Shown piece by piece: positions 60,137-64,000 of a stretch of DNA of 64,000 nucleotides; position 1 is the stretch's first letter; every line of letters begins with the position of its first letter. The position numbers were made by a program, and so were the translations under genes. Source of the stretch: an uncultured delta proteobacterium (GTDB taxonomy: Bacteria; Desulfobacterota; Desulfobacteria; Desulfobacterales; Desulfosalsimonadaceae); assembly GCA_963826785.1 (NCBI GenBank), contig CAWGYD010000006.1, forward strand, positions 1,056,712 to 1,120,711. The letters are read 5' to 3'. The notes under the pieces are model-generated. The model did not search any database. It was not told the origin of the DNA and was given only the letters and a program-made list of their open reading frames with translations.

Positions 60137-60877
60137 ATGAACGAGTCAACACCGGCAGGTGAATTCAAAGCCTATATTTTCGACCTGGACGGTGTGGTCA
60201 CCCGGACGGCCAAAGCCCATTTCGCCGCGTGGAAGAAGATGTTCGACGATTATCTGGCCCGGCGCAGTGCACAAAAAAATCTGGTCTGCCGACCATTTGA
60301 ACAGGCGGATTATTCCCGCTACGTGGATGGCAAGCCGCGCTACGACGGGGTTCAGAGTTTTCTTGTCTCCAGGGGGATCCGCCTTTCCTACGGTGGGCCG
60401 GAAGATTCTCCGGAGCAAGAGACCGTCTGCGGGCTGGGCAACCGGAAGAACCGCTTGTTCCAGGAATTTTTAAAAAAAGGCGAAGTGGAGGTGTTTGATG
60501 ACGCCGTCGAATTCATCCGGCACCGGCGGCAGGAGAACAGGGCCGTTGCCGTGGTTTCTTCCAGCAAAAACTGCCGGAAGGTCCTCGAAGCCGCCCATAT
60601 CGAAGATCTCTTCGACATTCGGGTGGACGGCATCACTTCCGTCCAGCAGGGGCTTTCCGGAAAACCCGAGCCGGACACCTTCCTCTATGCGGCCAGAACG
60701 CTCGGGGTCACGCCGTCCGAAGCCGCCATGTTTGAAGATGCGCCCGCGGGGGTGCAAGCCGGCCGGAAGGGCGCTTTCGGCCTGGTGGTGGGGGTGGCCC
60801 GGGACGGGGGCGAATCGGCCCTGCTGGAAAACGGGGCCGACCGGGTGATCCGCAGCTTCAAGGAGATCGATGCATGA
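60137..60877 (+). CDS. Beta-phosphoglucomutase-family HAD protein
   Basis: FDLDGVVT, VDGKPRYDGV, SSSKN, GKPEPD, FEDA. Confidence 0.88.
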   Translation: MNESTPAGEFKAYIFDLDGVVTRTAKAHFAAWKKMFDDYLARRSAQKNLVCRPFEQADYSRYVDGKPRYDGVQSFLVSRGIRLSYGGPEDSPEQETVCGLGNRKNRLFQEFLKKGEVEVFDDAVEFIRHRRQENRAVAVVSSSKNCRKVLEAAHIEDLFDIRVDGITSVQQGLSGKPEPDTFLYAARTLGVTPSEAAMFEDAPAGVQAGRKGAFGLVVGVARDGGESALLENGADRVIRSFKEIDA

Positions 60878-61677
60878 ACACGATGGATTGGCATTCACTG
60901 CCGTCCGCCCTGGCGCATTTCGAGGATGTGGCCCGGGCGCTGATCGGCAGATCACCGGCCCTGTTCATCGATTATGACGGCACCCTTACCCCCATCGTAT
61001 CCAACCCGAAGGACGCGGTGATGTCTCATCGCATGCAGGAACTGGTGAAAAGTCTGGCCGACTGCTGCACGGTGGCCGTGATCAGCGGCCGGGACCGGCG
61101 GGATGTCGAGTCGAAAGTGGGGTTGAAGAATCTCATCTACGCCGGTTCCCACGGGTTTGACATCTCCGGTCCGGGGGGGCTGTCATTTATCCGGAAGGAA
61201 GGCGAAAAATCGCTGCCGGATCTGGACCGGGCCGAAGAAGCACTTTCCGGCAAACTCGCCGCTATTTCCGGCGTCCGGCTGGAGCGCAAGAAATTTGCCC
61301 TCGCCGTTCATTTCCGCAATGCCCCCCCCGGGGAAGAGGGGCGGATCCAAACGATTGCCGAACAGGTGGCGAAATCGCTTGATACCTTGAAAACCGGCCG
61401 GGGGAAAAAGATCATCGAATTAAAACCGGATGTCGACTGGAACAAGGGGCATGCGGTGAACTGGCTGATGAAAAAGCTTGATTTGGACCTTTCGGAAACA
61501 ACGCCCGTCTATCTTGGCGACGATATCACCGATGAAGACGCCCTGGCCGCGGTGGCACAAAACGGTCTGGGCATCCTGGTGGGGCACCACGGAGATCCCA
61601 CCCATGCCCGCTTCGGATTGAAAGACGTTCAGGAGGTGGAGATCTTTCTCAAACGGATAAAAGACCTGATCTGCTGA
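60874..61677 (+). CDS. otsB: Trehalose-6-phosphate phosphatase
   Basis: DYDGTLTPIV, ISGR, YAGSHG, WNKG, GDDITDED; ATGA overlap with the upstream gene. Confidence 0.92.
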   Translation: MNTMDWHSLPSALAHFEDVARALIGRSPALFIDYDGTLTPIVSNPKDAVMSHRMQELVKSLADCCTVAVISGRDRRDVESKVGLKNLIYAGSHGFDISGPGGLSFIRKEGEKSLPDLDRAEEALSGKLAAISGVRLERKKFALAVHFRNAPPGEEGRIQTIAEQVAKSLDTLKTGRGKKIIELKPDVDWNKGHAVNWLMKKLDLDLSETTPVYLGDDITDEDALAAVAQNGLGILVGHHGDPTHARFGLKDVQEVEIFLKRIKDLIC

Positions 61678-61696
61678 ATTTTTGAGATAAAATAAA

Positions 61697-61722
61697 ACCG
61701 GCAGTCTGACTCAACTGCCGGT
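61697..61722. terminator. Terminator hairpin between convergent otsB and hsp20
   Basis: ACCGGCAGT-8 nt-ACTGCCGGT, followed by a T-rich tail on the minus strand. Confidence 0.6.
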
Positions 61723-61768
61723 CCTGTTTCATATCGACTTGCCTCTTGATTCATATATTACCCTGTGG

Positions 61769-62071
61769 TCAATGGATGGACAACGTGACCGCCTCTTCCA
61801 TGGGGTCCTTGAAGGGAATTTCTATCCTGAGCAGTCCATCCTCATAGGTGGCGTCGGCTGCATCGGGTTTGACCGGGCAGCAGAAGGTTCCGGTGGAGAC
61901 AAACTCGATGTCATCCCTCGGTGCGCTCAAGCTGAAACTGTCATCCCGCAGCTTGATCGAGATGCCTTCTTTCTTGACCCCGGGCAGTGAAACTTCCATT
62001 TTCAGCTTTCCGCTGGCCTCGTCCACGTATGAACACAAGTCGGCAGCGACTCTGCGTGCATTTTCCGTCAT
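61769..62071 (-). CDS. Small heat-shock protein (Hsp20/alpha-crystallin)
   Basis: EVSLPGVKKEGI, ATYEDGLLRIEIP; AAGGAGG RBS. Confidence 0.88.
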   Translation of the reverse strand: MTENARRVAADLCSYVDEASGKLKMEVSLPGVKKEGISIKLRDDSFSLSAPRDDIEFVSTGTFCCPVKPDAADATYEDGLLRIEIPFKDPMEEAVTLSIH

Positions 62072-62719
62072 GTCGCACACCTCCTTTCAAATGAATTCAC
62101 ATGGCCGGCACGGTCTTTTTTTGCGCCGGTACAACCAGCTACCGTGCCGTATAAGCAATAAAGTAAAACAGGGTTGCGGCAATTCAAGTAACTGAATGTT
62201 CCCATTTCCGGCACGGGCTGGGTGTATGGATTTTGTTCATCCATCTTTCGGCCCCGGCATCCGAATTTTTTTTTTGCTCCTCCCCATGACGTAGGCTTCA
62301 AGCATTCATAACGAAGTGATTTCAAATCTTTTGATCAGATCAGTACCTTCGCTTTAGCAATCATCCGTCGTTTTTTAGATAAAATACTTCTGAAAAATCA
62401 GGGCCGACCCCTATTTAACCTTCCTTTAGGCATCCTTAAAAACTTTTATGTGCTGATCCATATAGTTCCAACCTGTGGGTGTTGAATTTTTCTTTCGATC
62501 GCGCATTGCCAATTAAACCTGATCCATCTTTTTAGAAATCCGCTTTTGTATCGCTGAAATAGATCCACCCGGAAAGGGTGGGTTTCGATGATCTCCCTGA
62601 AGGGGAGGGCGATTAAATTCCGGTGAAAGGAGGTGATGAAAAAAGTAACGGTTTTTGAGTGATCTGTTCGCATCCGAAATTATCACGTAATCCAATTCAA
62701 ACAAATGAGAGGAATCAAA

Positions 62720-63919
62720 ATGAAACCGTATCGTATGAAAAGAATCGGGATGGCCGTTCTTGCGTTTTCCATGATGACGCTCATCTGCTCGCCGGCCGTT
62801 TGGGGGGCGAGGCCGGATAACCCGGGCGGCGGCGGCGGAAGGCCCGGCGGTGAGGCGGCCGGAAACAATCTCTCCTTTCCGGTGATCTGGGCGGAAGGGG
62901 TTACAAAGGCCTTGCCGGGCACGGCGTTGATGACGCCTTTGCTCAATGGGGTATGGTGGTATTGGTGGGGAACCGAGGGCACCGACCCGAATATCGTGCC
63001 CCTGAGTTGTGCGCCGGACCCGGACAATGAGGCTTATTGCGATGATGGGGTAGCGGGTCAGTACGATATCAATAATGTTCCGGGCGATGGCTGGGAAAAG
63101 GCCTATCTGCAGAAGGATATAAACAATGTCTGGCAGGCGGAAAATGAAGACTGGAGCACTTCTCAAGTCGTCGTTGACTGGATTGACTGGGGGGACAACC
63201 TGGAATCCCAGGACTGGTACCTCACTTCCCAGGTCCGAACGGAGGTGGTCCTGCTCAAGGATTTGCCAGATAACATGCAGGCATATGAAATGCTTCATGT
63301 GAGCGGATGGGGAATCGACGAGGTTCATGGGCTGGCCGTTTCACAGGAAGATGTGCCCCGGATCTATTATTCCACCCAGGCGACCATTTACAGTCCTTGT
63401 GCCCGCCTGACCATCCAGAAACTGCAGGTCGAAAGGGACAGTGAAGCGCTGACGGGATTGATTTGGGCGCCGAAAACGGGATGGACGGATCCGGACGGTG
63501 GCTTCGGCACTCTGGTCAATGCCCCCATCTTCAATAGTGCGGTATATGAAGGCGGCGACGGACCCGGTTACTATTCGGCCGAGATCAACGTGAAGGGCAA
63601 GATCATCTACGGTTATACCTGGAACGTCCGCAGAACGAATGACGGGGCGGGTGATTACCGGATCACGTTCAGCCTGGATCCCGCGTACGGATCTGGCGAT
63701 GACCAATTGTTGAATACCGGAATCGATGACACCACCCAAATTCTTCTGCCGGTGGAGGAAGCGGTGGTGGTGATTGCCGAAGAAGACGGTGGCAGCAGCG
63801 GCGGTGGAGCCACGGCCATGCTGGATACGCTGAATAACCTGACCTACACCGATGTCCGTATCCTCCAAAGGGGCGGCGGCGGAGGCGGCCAGGGAGGTGG
63901 TCAGGGCGGAAGAAGGTAA
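62720..63919 (+). CDS. Secreted acidic hypothetical protein with Gly-rich termini
   Basis: Signal peptide (..AVWG-A), PGGGGGRPGG, acidic Trp-rich core, C-terminal RGGGGGGQGGGQGGRR; GAGGA RBS. Confidence 0.75.
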   Translation: MKPYRMKRIGMAVLAFSMMTLICSPAVWGARPDNPGGGGGRPGGEAAGNNLSFPVIWAEGVTKALPGTALMTPLLNGVWWYWWGTEGTDPNIVPLSCAPDPDNEAYCDDGVAGQYDINNVPGDGWEKAYLQKDINNVWQAENEDWSTSQVVVDWIDWGDNLESQDWYLTSQVRTEVVLLKDLPDNMQAYEMLHVSGWGIDEVHGLAVSQEDVPRIYYSTQATIYSPCARLTIQKLQVERDSEALTGLIWAPKTGWTDPDGGFGTLVNAPIFNSAVYEGGDGPGYYSAEINVKGKIIYGYTWNVRRTNDGAGDYRITFSLDPAYGSGDDQLLNTGIDDTTQILLPVEEAVVVIAEEDGGSSGGGATAMLDTLNNLTYTDVRILQRGGGGGGQGGGQGGRR

Positions 63920-64000
63920 GCGCGGTTTGGGTTTAGATTTGTCCGGCTGCGAAAATCAAGCGGCCGGGCAAAATCATCCCGCATTGCCGGATCAGTTCTC

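Noticed and set aside
62560..62600. c-di-GMP-I or c-di-AMP riboswitch
   Set aside because: A GAAA-type hairpin is present but the GGCAAA/CGCAAA and ydaO consensus elements are missing; kept only as an unassigned structured leader.
1..64000. tRNA, rRNA, integrase, transposase, prophage or anti-phage defence genes
   Set aside because: No recognisable signatures found by eye or in the ORF track; a small RNA gene could still have been missed without a covariance search.

Overview
Ordinary chromosomal window of a GC-rich anaerobic bacterium; gene content and style suggest Desulfobacterota/Desulfobacterales (inference). It holds about 57 CDSs. Main blocks: fatty-acid and acyl-CoA metabolism (two acyl-CoA dehydrogenases, FadD-like ligase, enoyl-CoA hydratase, PrpE), nadK, serA, glpD, two sigma54 activators with recognisable -24/-12 promoters, a USP/SLC13/two cytidylate-kinase-like/response-regulator/histidine-kinase cluster, a TolC-YbhGFSR-type ABC exporter, and a ~15 kb general-stress/glycogen/trehalose cluster. 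I saw no rRNA, tRNA, CRISPR array, integrase or transposase. Four genes carry five single-base frameshifts that look like long-read indel errors. Most notable observations: (1) two 126-144 bp hairpin elements with unrelated terminal arms but a shared, similarly spaced core, both starting inside a TGA stop codon and followed by GCA; (2) a GNAT-deacetylase fusion directly upstream of propionyl-CoA synthetase; (3) a solitary well-formed attC site in front of a lipocalin gene; (4) a GH65/beta-PGM/OtsB operon without otsA, suggesting an OtsA-independent trehalose route; (5) the sigma54-driven transporter cluster with an intact/degenerate pair of kinase-like proteins. All family assignments come from motif recognition by eye, not database searches.
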